Shown in pieces: positions 25,752 through 32,884 of a stretch of 64,000 nt of DNA; positions within the stretch are counted from its first letter, which is position 1, and every line of letters begins with the position of its first letter. Source of the DNA: a virus (lineage: Duplodnaviria; Caudoviricetes); IMG/VR virus record IMGVR_UViG_3300022173_000225, positions 2,905-66,904 of that record, one strand, 5' to 3'. The translations under genes and the position numbers were made by a program. The notes below the pieces were generated by a model, which did no database searches, was not told where the DNA came from, and was given only the letters and a program-made list of their open reading frames with translations.

Positions 25752-25998
25752 ACACAGTGCGAGTGCGCACTTCCGTGCGAATGGGCTGCGTGATCGTGAC
25801 ATTTTTGATCTCCATTTCGGCAATGGCCTTGGCTGCAGCGCTCTGCGCGGACTCGTACGCCACCTGGGCGATCTTGTTCTCCCGGGCCTGCTGCGCCTCG
25901 ATCGAGTCTTTCCCGACCTCCTGGCCGTAGAGGAACGCGCCCCCGGTGGCCCCGACAAAGGCCACCCCGACGCCAAGGAGCAGGTATGGGTTGATCAT
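25630..25998 (-). CDS. i-spanin (Rz-like)
   Basis: N-terminal TM, helical periplasmic part, single Cys; directly after endolysin. Confidence 0.75.
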   Translation of the reverse strand: MINPYLLLGVGVAFVGATGGAFLYGQEVGKDSIEAQQARENKIAQVAYESAQSAAAKAIAEMEIKNVTITQPIRTEVRTRTVYAECKHTPDGLRALNSAITGGAEPLGAGELPKADPVAPGR

Positions 25999-26513
25999 GC
26001 TGTGAGCGCCTCGGCAATGGCGCTGGCCACCATCCACTTGCGCGCCTCGTACTTGGCAAGCTCGCCTGGGTTCGACAGAAAGAACACCTCGACGATGATG
26101 CCCCCAGCATTCACGAAGGCGAGCCGCCCGCGGGCGCTCTTGCTCTGGTCGATCCAGCCCTTCTCGCCGCGCAGCGGGATGTCCAGCACACGTGCAATGG
26201 CAGCCGAGATGCGCTGCGCCATGAGCTTTTGCCGGGGCAGGGCGATGGACTCGACGCCGGCAGCTGCCGGGTTGCTGAACGAATTGGTGTGCAGTTCGAT
26301 GGCCACGTCGCTGCCCGGGACCAATAGCAGTGCCTTGGCCAGCGGGAGGTTGGTGAGCAGTGTACCGTCTGTTTGCACCTCGTGGCCCATGTTGCGCAGC
26401 TTGAGCGCGACGATGTTGCGCAGGTCGGCCATCAGGTCCGCTTCACGCACGCCGCCCGGCTCGACGGCGCCTGGATCCCCGGCACCGTGGCCGGCAGTGA
26501 CGGTGAGCTTCAT
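25995..26513 (-). CDS. Endolysin, N-acetylmuramoyl-L-alanine amidase (Amidase_3)
   Basis: TAGHG, READL, IELHTNS, IIVEVFF (Zn ligands H/E/H and catalytic E). Confidence 0.9.
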   Translation of the reverse strand: MKLTVTAGHGAGDPGAVEPGGVREADLMADLRNIVALKLRNMGHEVQTDGTLLTNLPLAKALLLVPGSDVAIELHTNSFSNPAAAGVESIALPRQKLMAQRISAAIARVLDIPLRGEKGWIDQSKSARGRLAFVNAGGIIVEVFFLSNPGELAKYEARKWMVASAIAEALTA

Positions 26514-26815
26514 AGCACGTGGTCCGGCATGATCTGGCGGCCCTGCGCGTCTCTACGCATGCGCGGCGGCATTCCCTGTGGCGGCCATGTCTTGGCGAAG
26601 GCGGTCATGTAGAGCCAGAACACGAGCACCAGGATGATGTGCACTGCATCAGGCTGCCAGCCCGTGAAGGCAAGGTACAGCCCGTAGAAAGCCGTTGAGC
26701 CTACGCCGGTGACTGCCCACCGGATCCTCAGCATGGCGCCCTTGTCCAGGTGCACCGCACGGCAAAACGCGCTGTACGCCAGCGCCACGCACAAAACAGC
26801 GAAGAGGATATTCAT
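26510..26815 (-). CDS. Membrane protein, holin/antiholin candidate (101 aa)
   Basis: Three hydrophobic segments, basic C-terminus, upstream of endolysin. Confidence 0.6.
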   Translation of the reverse strand: MNILFAVLCVALAYSAFCRAVHLDKGAMLRIRWAVTGVGSTAFYGLYLAFTGWQPDAVHIILVLVFWLYMTAFAKTWPPQGMPPRMRRDAQGRQIMPDHVL

Positions 26816-27198
26816 CGGTCGGACCCTCGGGGCCGAATCAGCCCCAGTGGATTAAGGCGGCTGAAGATGTCTTTCCAGCGTCCGCCAATAGCGGATATGC
26901 CGAATGCGACGAGGATGGATAGCTCGACAGGCGAATCAAACTTGGTATCGATGTAGTCGCCAGCGATCGCCGTGCCTCCGCCCACGAGCACGACTGCGGT
27001 AATGGTATAGCGGACAAAAAGGCCTGCGCCGTCAAGGCGCGTAACAGTCTGTGCAGCCGAAACGCCCCACACAGCGCCGGCCATGGCCGCGAACAGGATG
27101 GCCATGTACGGGCCGTAGTGAGGCCCCACCCACAGCGACAAAAACGCTGCCAGACTGACTGAGGAGACACTCGCGGCAACGGTGGTGGGGTCGGTCAT
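26812..27198 (-). CDS. Membrane protein, holin candidate (128 aa)
   Basis: Three to four TM segments, basic C-terminal tail. Confidence 0.6.
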   Translation of the reverse strand: MTDPTTVAASVSSVSLAAFLSLWVGPHYGPYMAILFAAMAGAVWGVSAAQTVTRLDGAGLFVRYTITAVVLVGGGTAIAGDYIDTKFDSPVELSILVAFGISAIGGRWKDIFSRLNPLGLIRPRGSDR

Positions 27199-27201
27199 AG
27201 C

Positions 27202-27600
27202 TTATTTGAACTTTAGCCGTACCGCAATAGGCGTGCCAGCCGTGAATGGGTTTGTGCTGCCTGCATCGAATGCGAATTTCAGCGAGCTGACCTTGTCCAG
27301 AGTGCAGTAGAGCGTTCCGTTTATGTAAAAGTCGCAGAAGGTGAGTGCTGCCGGCAACGCCTCTGTAATGTCGATCTGCAAAGACAAGTTTGGGCCGGGG
27401 AAAGTCAAAAAAGCGAATTGCCCAATATACCCAGCAACCAATAAAACAGGATCGACGTCTGTTGAACCGAAGTAAGGCGCTGTTCCGTAACCTGTCCGTC
27501 TGTACCCCGTGAGATCTCTGGTAGCGTCAAACGCAGGCGTCATCAAAAACCCTACTTCAGGCTGCCCCGACCCGCGAGGAGAATGGACGGCGAAACTCAT
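27202..27600 (-). CDS. Hypothetical tail-fibre-associated protein (132 aa)
   Basis: ATGA-coupled to fibre gene; beta-rich; AT-richer codons. Confidence 0.5.
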   Translation of the reverse strand: MSFAVHSPRGSGQPEVGFLMTPAFDATRDLTGYRRTGYGTAPYFGSTDVDPVLLVAGYIGQFAFLTFPGPNLSLQIDITEALPAALTFCDFYINGTLYCTLDKVSSLKFAFDAGSTNPFTAGTPIAVRLKFK

Positions 27601-28430
27601 GCTGGCACCCAGGTCCAAGAACCTTCCCACCGACTTGCTCGGGCGGAGTACGTCATGCTTAGCCAACTGACGCCGTTGGCAGTCGTGTTCACGCTGCCGG
27701 CGATCTTGGAAGAAGCGGGGGGCGCCACTGTGCGCCCGCCAGTAGCGTCTTGCAGGAACCGAATGTTCACCGTCTGCCCACCCACCGCGTTGCTCATCGT
27801 GATGGAAGTGACGTTGCCGGTCATAGCCGCGGGCTCGAACACGTTGCTCACAGAGCAGTCGAACGTCGGTGTGGCGCTATGCGTGGGCTGTGTCGGCGGG
27901 GTGTAAGCGCCAGTGTGAACGGAGCGCTTGTTGAACGTCTTGATGCCGTCGACAGACTGGTCCGTCGTGACCTTGACTGCGTTGGGATCCGAAGCGCTGG
28001 TGGCCGTGGACGCGTTGCCGTTGACCAGGGTGATCGCGTCGACCACGTTAGTGCCATCACAGTACAGCGCCGCGCGCTGCCCGGCCGGGACCACGATGCC
28101 GGTACCGCCGGAGGTCTTGACCTGCACCCCGAAGCCGCCAGTGGTGCCGTTGTTCACGAAGTACAGCTTCGACACTGTCGGGACGATGAGGTCCCGCTGC
28201 GCGGTGTGCGCACCGGTGCAGTTGACGAACATGTTGCGCGCCTGATCAACCGCCTCGTTGGCTGTGGAGAGCGTGACGTTCGCGTTGGCCATGGCCACGG
28301 TCACGCTGCCCGCAATCGCGTCTTCCACAAGCTCGGTGATGCCGTTGTTGACGGTGTCGCCCCAGGTTCCAGTGAGCTCGCCGGTGACTGGCAGGACCAG
28401 TCGGAGGCTGGTGGTGTAACTGCTGGGCAT
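27597..28430 (-). CDS. Tail fibre / proximal fibre protein (277 aa)
   Basis: MPSSYTTSLRLVLP...GTWGDTVN N-terminus, QSVDGIKTF fibre-type repeat. Confidence 0.65.
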   Translation of the reverse strand: MPSSYTTSLRLVLPVTGELTGTWGDTVNNGITELVEDAIAGSVTVAMANANVTLSTANEAVDQARNMFVNCTGAHTAQRDLIVPTVSKLYFVNNGTTGGFGVQVKTSGGTGIVVPAGQRAALYCDGTNVVDAITLVNGNASTATSASDPNAVKVTTDQSVDGIKTFNKRSVHTGAYTPPTQPTHSATPTFDCSVSNVFEPAAMTGNVTSITMSNAVGGQTVNIRFLQDATGGRTVAPPASSKIAGSVNTTANGVSWLSMTYSARASRWEGSWTWVPA

Positions 28431-28439
28431 GCTGTGCTC

Positions 28440-29069
28440 CTATCGAACTGGGGTACGCACCTGCCCGGTGCGGTACGTGTCTTGGCGCAACTTGGCATCC
28501 GCCAACTGCTTCAGGTCTGCCACGGCCGAGTCGAACATCTTGCCGTACAGCGTGATGATATCCGCTTCCATCTGCAAGAAGCGCGCTGCTTCTAGGCACA
28601 TGCCGTTGAACAGAACCGCGTCCATGGTGTCGCCGAGCCAGCTGGTGCCAGCGGTGACGATCGACTCCGGGTACTTCGCGAACTGCAACTCAGCGCTGTA
28701 TGCGTCATCCGGCGTCGGGCCTAGGATCAAAGTGTCCGCATCAAGCTGTGCGTACACCTTCGGCAGTCCGGAGTCTGCAGGCTTGGGGTACGCGGAGCGG
28801 ATGTACCCGACGTCCTTGTTGAGCAGGAATTCGTACGCGCCGTCGGCCTGGACCACCGCCAGCGAGAAGGTGTACAGGTACCCGGCAGGCATGCTCAGCA
28901 GCGGGTTGGACGCCGTCAACGCGAGCGCCTGCGTCTCGCGCAGCACAGGGGGCTGCACCGTGTTGTAGGCCTTCTGCTCGGTCTGCTGACAAAAAAGGGC
29001 GAGTTGCTCCTCGGTGAACGTGTTCTCCACCGTGTCCTGGACCAGCGCGCAAAGTTCAACGTAAGTCAT
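28440..29069 (-). CDS. Tail tubular/adaptor protein (209 aa)
   Basis: LLNKDVGYIRSAYP, GLPKVYA, LILGPTPD; position. Confidence 0.6.
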   Translation of the reverse strand: MTYVELCALVQDTVENTFTEEQLALFCQQTEQKAYNTVQPPVLRETQALALTASNPLLSMPAGYLYTFSLAVVQADGAYEFLLNKDVGYIRSAYPKPADSGLPKVYAQLDADTLILGPTPDDAYSAELQFAKYPESIVTAGTSWLGDTMDAVLFNGMCLEAARFLQMEADIITLYGKMFDSAVADLKQLADAKLRQDTYRTGQVRTPVR

Positions 29070-29239
29070 CAGCCGTCACGCGAGAAGCGGTTGCCCTTGA
29101 TCGCTGCGCCGGAGCCGCGCGCCACCATGCCGCCGGCCTTCAGCTTGGTCTTGGGTTGACCGGGGTGCATTTTGGACTCGTGCTTGCCCACCGCCTGCTT
29201 GATCTGGGCCTTGTCCTGCTTCGTGTCATCGTGTTTCAT
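29069..29239 (-). CDS. Small basic protein with LKAGG motif (56 aa; absent from ORF track)
   Basis: RBS GAAGGAG; MKHDDTKQDK...LKAGGMVARGSGAAIKG; TGATG-coupled to next gene. Confidence 0.75.
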   Translation of the reverse strand: MKHDDTKQDKAQIKQAVGKHESKMHPGQPKTKLKAGGMVARGSGAAIKGNRFSRDG

Positions 29240-29250
29240 TTCAAGCTCCT

Positions 29251-29496
29251 TCAGGGTGCTGGTTCTCGGGACCGCGCGAGGGCGGGGTCTGGACGCGGCT
29301 CGCGCAGCGCCTGGGGGTCATCAACAGGGAAACGGCCGACCCAGTTCTGTGGGTGGTCCGGGTCGTTGCAGGTGGGGCACGCCTTGATGCCCGTCGGTCG
29401 GCCTTGGACAAAGTTCTCGCGCAGTGCCGACAGCGCGTAGCGGAAACCGCAGACGTCGCAGAAACCATGCGCTCTTTTGCCCGAGGCGTATTTCAC
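29251..29496 (-). CDS. Small Zn-finger-like protein (81 aa)
   Basis: CDVCG...CPTC, DPDHPQ. Confidence 0.7.
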   Translation of the reverse strand: MKYASGKRAHGFCDVCGFRYALSALRENFVQGRPTGIKACPTCNDPDHPQNWVGRFPVDDPQALREPRPDPALARSREPAP

Positions 29497-30173
29497 ATGT
29501 ACCCCGCGAACGGCACCAGCCGCAACGATGTCTTCTCACGGTCCTCATCCATGGCCATCTGCATGGTCTCGTCGTAGACGGCCTTCAGGGCGCCCATGCG
29601 CTCCATGCCGCCCGGCAGCTTCATGCTGAGGTAGTAGGCCAGCCCGGCCACCATGGCGGGGACGAAGCGAAAGGGCATGTCCTGCGTGTTGGGGCCGTTG
29701 CCGGCATCCTGGATGCGCCGCAGGCGCCAGTAGACGAACGTGTAGGGTGTGCTGCTGTCCGGGACCGGCCAGAACGTCACCTGGGGCGTGCTGTAGCGCT
29801 GGATGAACATCTGGATCGGGCGACCCTGCGTCGTCTTGTTGGGGATCGACTGGTACGTCGGCATGGGGATGCGCGAGATGACCAGATCCGCCTGCGTGGC
29901 GCCAGAGCCCGTGCGGATGGTGGCGTCCATGACGTCGACGCTGTCCTCGGGCAGCACGTAGGTCGCGGTGCCGGCCACCAGGGGGATCGACAGCTGCTCG
30001 AAGGTCCACATGTTCAGACCGCGGTTGCTCCAGTCCGCGAAGAGCAAGTTCAGGCTGCGCCGCGCCGTCTTGAAGTCGTAGCCCGTGCGCAACTCGTAGC
30101 CGCAGCGCTCCGCCGCCTCTTCGAGAATCTCGGCAAGGTCCAGGTTGAAGACAGCGGTGCCTGAGGTGGCCAT
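29493..30173 (-). CDS. Head-tail adaptor / tail tubular protein A-like (226 aa)
   Basis: MATSGTAVFNL, EEAAERCG, ARRSLNL, IPNKTTQGRP. Confidence 0.65.
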   Translation of the reverse strand: MATSGTAVFNLDLAEILEEAAERCGYELRTGYDFKTARRSLNLLFADWSNRGLNMWTFEQLSIPLVAGTATYVLPEDSVDVMDATIRTGSGATQADLVISRIPMPTYQSIPNKTTQGRPIQMFIQRYSTPQVTFWPVPDSSTPYTFVYWRLRRIQDAGNGPNTQDMPFRFVPAMVAGLAYYLSMKLPGGMERMGALKAVYDETMQMAMDEDREKTSLRLVPFAGYM

Positions 30174-30176
30174 GGT

Positions 30177-30398
30177 TTATGCCCCGCTGCAGCCGCGCGA
30201 GGGCTTGCGTGCGGCACCGTAGCCGCGAACAGCCCCACCGGCAGCCAGCTTGGCCGTCTTCGGCGTTCCGGCCCCTTTTTTCTGGGTCCACTCACGGTCT
30301 TTGCCATCGCGGAAAGACTCACCCGTCTCTTTGCCGCTCTTGTCCGCGATGATGCCCGTGTAGCGCATCTCGCCGGGTTTTCCAGCAGACTTGCCCAT
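30177..30398 (-). CDS. Small basic protein with LAAGG motif (73 aa)
   Basis: Lys/Gly-rich; KLAAGGAVRGYGAARK. Confidence 0.65.
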   Translation of the reverse strand: MGKSAGKPGEMRYTGIIADKSGKETGESFRDGKDREWTQKKGAGTPKTAKLAAGGAVRGYGAARKPSRGCSGA

Positions 30399-30401
30399 GG
30401 C

Positions 30402-30524
30402 TCAGCCCTTCTTCTTGGCAGGCGGCTTCTTGCCGAACGGGGGCGCCATCTTGCCGGCCGGCTTCTTCTTGTCGCCGGGCTTGCCCTTCAGCATGAAGGC
30501 AGGGAGTTCTTTTTTCGTGGCCAT
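30402..30524 (-). CDS. Tiny Lys/Pro-rich protein (40 aa)
   Basis: RBS AAAGGA; MATKKELPAFMLKGKPGDKKKP. Confidence 0.6.
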   Translation of the reverse strand: MATKKELPAFMLKGKPGDKKKPAGKMAPPFGKKPPAKKKG

Positions 30525-30549
30525 TGCGGTTCCTTTCGGGGGTTGTTGA

Positions 30550-30801
30550 TCAGCAGTTCCAGGCCTTGAGCGACAGCGCCTTGCGCGTGGGCTTTCCAGC
30601 GTCATCCTTCATCGGGCCCGGCATACCGCCCATGCGCGCACAGAACGACTTGCGCCGGCCCGCGTCTGCCTTGGTCTTCGGGTTCGGCGCCGGTGGCTTG
30701 AGGTTCATGCCCTGGGCCTTGGCCGATGCACGCCCCTTGGCTTTGAGCCCGCCCTTGGGGTCCTTGCCTTCCTTGCGGGTCCATGCAGCTGTTTTAGCCA
30801 T
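30550..30801 (-). CDS. Conserved basic phage protein (DUF6321-like, 83 aa)
   Basis: AWTRKEGKDPKGGL, RRKSFCARM. Confidence 0.7.
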   Translation of the reverse strand: MAKTAAWTRKEGKDPKGGLKAKGRASAKAQGMNLKPPAPNPKTKADAGRRKSFCARMGGMPGPMKDDAGKPTRKALSLKAWNC

Positions 30802-30825
30802 GTCGATTCCTTCAGGCGATTATCG

Positions 30826-31584
30826 TTACAAACCGAGGCGGATGCCAATAGCCATGCGGCTGCTGCGACCGTCTCCTGGCGTCGGTGGCACGACATTGCG
30901 CACGCGAGGGGGGTAGATGGTCGAGGCGTTGGTCAGCAGCGGGGGAGCCAGGGATACCGCCCCGCGGCCCACTGTAGGTGCAAAAAAGGTCTGGCTGTTG
31001 GTGAGCAGCGATGGGGTTAGGTTCTGCGCAGCTGCCGGTTGCGTGACTGTAGGTGCGAAGAACGTCTGGCCATTGGTGAGCAGCGGAGGGATCAGCGTGA
31101 ACTCTTGGTCGTACAGGTAGATCGTCGTGGTCTCAAAATAGTCGACCCCGTTGATCTTGATCTGGATCACCCAGATGGCCGGTGCTCCGCCCGTGTACTC
31201 GAAATCGCCAGCGATACCTGCGTCCAGCACGCCGCCCCCAGGCGTCGGGCCCGAGACCGTCGAATAGGTCATGTAGTCGCCCGGACTGACCAGCCCTGCG
31301 ACCTCGTACATGGCGCCAGCGACGTTGCCGCCCGTTGGGGCGGTGTTGGCCAGCACGTAGGCTGCTGTGACGCCGGGCAGCGCCACGACCGCGCCGTAGA
31401 ACGTCTGTGTGTTGGTCAGCAGGCCGGGGGCGAGAATCTGCGGGGCCGCACCGCCAGTGACAGCGGGCGAGTAGAACGTCTGGCTGTTGGTAAGCAGCGG
31501 CGGCAGCAGCGTTGCAGCACCACCCGCTGCCTCCGCATAGTCACCCAGCGGTGCAGCACCGAAAGGGGACCGCCCGAAGCTCAT
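30826..31584 (-). CDS. Virion-associated protein with five LLTNxQTF repeats (252 aa)
   Basis: Repeats PxLLTN[STG]QTF[YF]xPxV. Confidence 0.65.
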   Translation of the reverse strand: MSFGRSPFGAAPLGDYAEAAGGAATLLPPLLTNSQTFYSPAVTGGAAPQILAPGLLTNTQTFYGAVVALPGVTAAYVLANTAPTGGNVAGAMYEVAGLVSPGDYMTYSTVSGPTPGGGVLDAGIAGDFEYTGGAPAIWVIQIKINGVDYFETTTIYLYDQEFTLIPPLLTNGQTFFAPTVTQPAAAQNLTPSLLTNSQTFFAPTVGRGAVSLAPPLLTNASTIYPPRVRNVVPPTPGDGRSSRMAIGIRLGL

Positions 31585-32519
31585 GGAGTCACCTTAAGGC
31601 CTATCCAGGGAACGCTCAACAAATTCGATGCGCTAATCAGCGTTGTGGGCGCAGGGCTTGCGGGTAGGCCTGTGGCGTAACTGCCAGCCACAAAAACAGT
31701 GTTGCCATATCCATAGGAGCTATGACGCCCAAGTGGAGTACGCCCGACCCGTGACTCAATCGAAGTCTGCCCCCGAATGGCCACAGCATGGCTGTTTATG
31801 AAGCCGATGTAATACCAGCCGGGGGTCAGCCACGGAGTTCCAGCGGGCGACCACGTACCCGTGGTGGTGTCGGTGTCGAATCCTGTGGTAGTCGTCGCAA
31901 GGACGTTGAAATCCACGATTTTTGCGCCCGGAAGGCCGTTGGACCCCACCGAATACAGGGCCGTTTTCATGTTACTGCTGGCCTGTGCGGTCGTGACCTC
32001 AAACTGAATGCCTGACAAAAGACCTGCACTGTCCAGTCTGTAGCAGGTGTAATACTCACGATCAGCGGTCAACGCTTCGCCCGTCCCTGCGCCTGTCCAG
32101 TCGGCAATGTTGGTGATCGGGTAATCACGCCAGTTGGAGTCGCCTGCAATGGTCGTGTTCACCGATGGGATGACAGGCGCAACAATCTCGGCGGTCGCGG
32201 AAATGCGAACGCGGATGTTTCCAGAAGTCGGCGTGCTACCAAACGCAATCGCGCTGGGCGTGGTGTCGTCGTATGTGGTGCCGTCCCAAGTAAGCTGAAC
32301 CTTGGTACGGGTCAGCACGTTGGACGCAACCGAGCCAATACCAGTCTCGAACTTTTTCCCCACTGTGTCTTCGATGACATAGCGCACTGTGGTGGCTTGC
32401 GATCCGAACACTGTAGAAAAGCGTGGCGTGCTTGCAATAGCGGTCAGCGCCACTGCGCCGTTGCCCGAAGTCCCGGCAATGCTGGTGGTCGTTTCTTCGA
32501 CGTAGTTTGCGGCTCTCAT
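31581..32519 (-). CDS. Fibre/spike-like virion protein (312 aa)
   Basis: ANYVEETTTSIAGTSG N-terminus; Thr/Gly/Ser-rich. Confidence 0.55.
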   Translation of the reverse strand: MRAANYVEETTTSIAGTSGNGAVALTAIASTPRFSTVFGSQATTVRYVIEDTVGKKFETGIGSVASNVLTRTKVQLTWDGTTYDDTTPSAIAFGSTPTSGNIRVRISATAEIVAPVIPSVNTTIAGDSNWRDYPITNIADWTGAGTGEALTADREYYTCYRLDSAGLLSGIQFEVTTAQASSNMKTALYSVGSNGLPGAKIVDFNVLATTTTGFDTDTTTGTWSPAGTPWLTPGWYYIGFINSHAVAIRGQTSIESRVGRTPLGRHSSYGYGNTVFVAGSYATGLPASPAPTTLISASNLLSVPWIGLKVTP

Positions 32520-32884
32520 GCGTGCTCCTTTTCGGTCAGGCGATCCAGCCACTCAAGAGGAACGCCCTCTTTTGCGCCGTCAGGGTGTATGTCTGCGTGT
32601 TCGTGGCGGCAACGCAGCACCGTGCCCGGCTCAAGCGGCCAGACGCCGTGTTTTTTGTGCGCTTCCACCATGTAGCGGTCGCCTGCTTTCACAATGAAAG
32701 CCTGCCCGTCGATCATGATTTGCGCCGACCCGCTCACGCACTCCATCCAGTGGTCGAAGGTGTGCGCGTGCAGCCGGGTGTGGCTGATTGGACGGTCGAA
32801 ATTCATCTCAACGACCACAGCACCGGGTTCGATGCGGATGCTGGTCAGGGGGCCGTCTTCGTGTGTTCGGTATTCCATGGTCAT
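32516..32884 (-). CDS. Cupin-fold protein (122 aa)
   Basis: HAHTFDHWMECVSG...KHGVWPLE; ATGA-coupled on both sides. Confidence 0.7.
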   Translation of the reverse strand: MTMEYRTHEDGPLTSIRIEPGAVVVEMNFDRPISHTRLHAHTFDHWMECVSGSAQIMIDGQAFIVKAGDRYMVEAHKKHGVWPLEPGTVLRCRHEHADIHPDGAKEGVPLEWLDRLTEKEHA

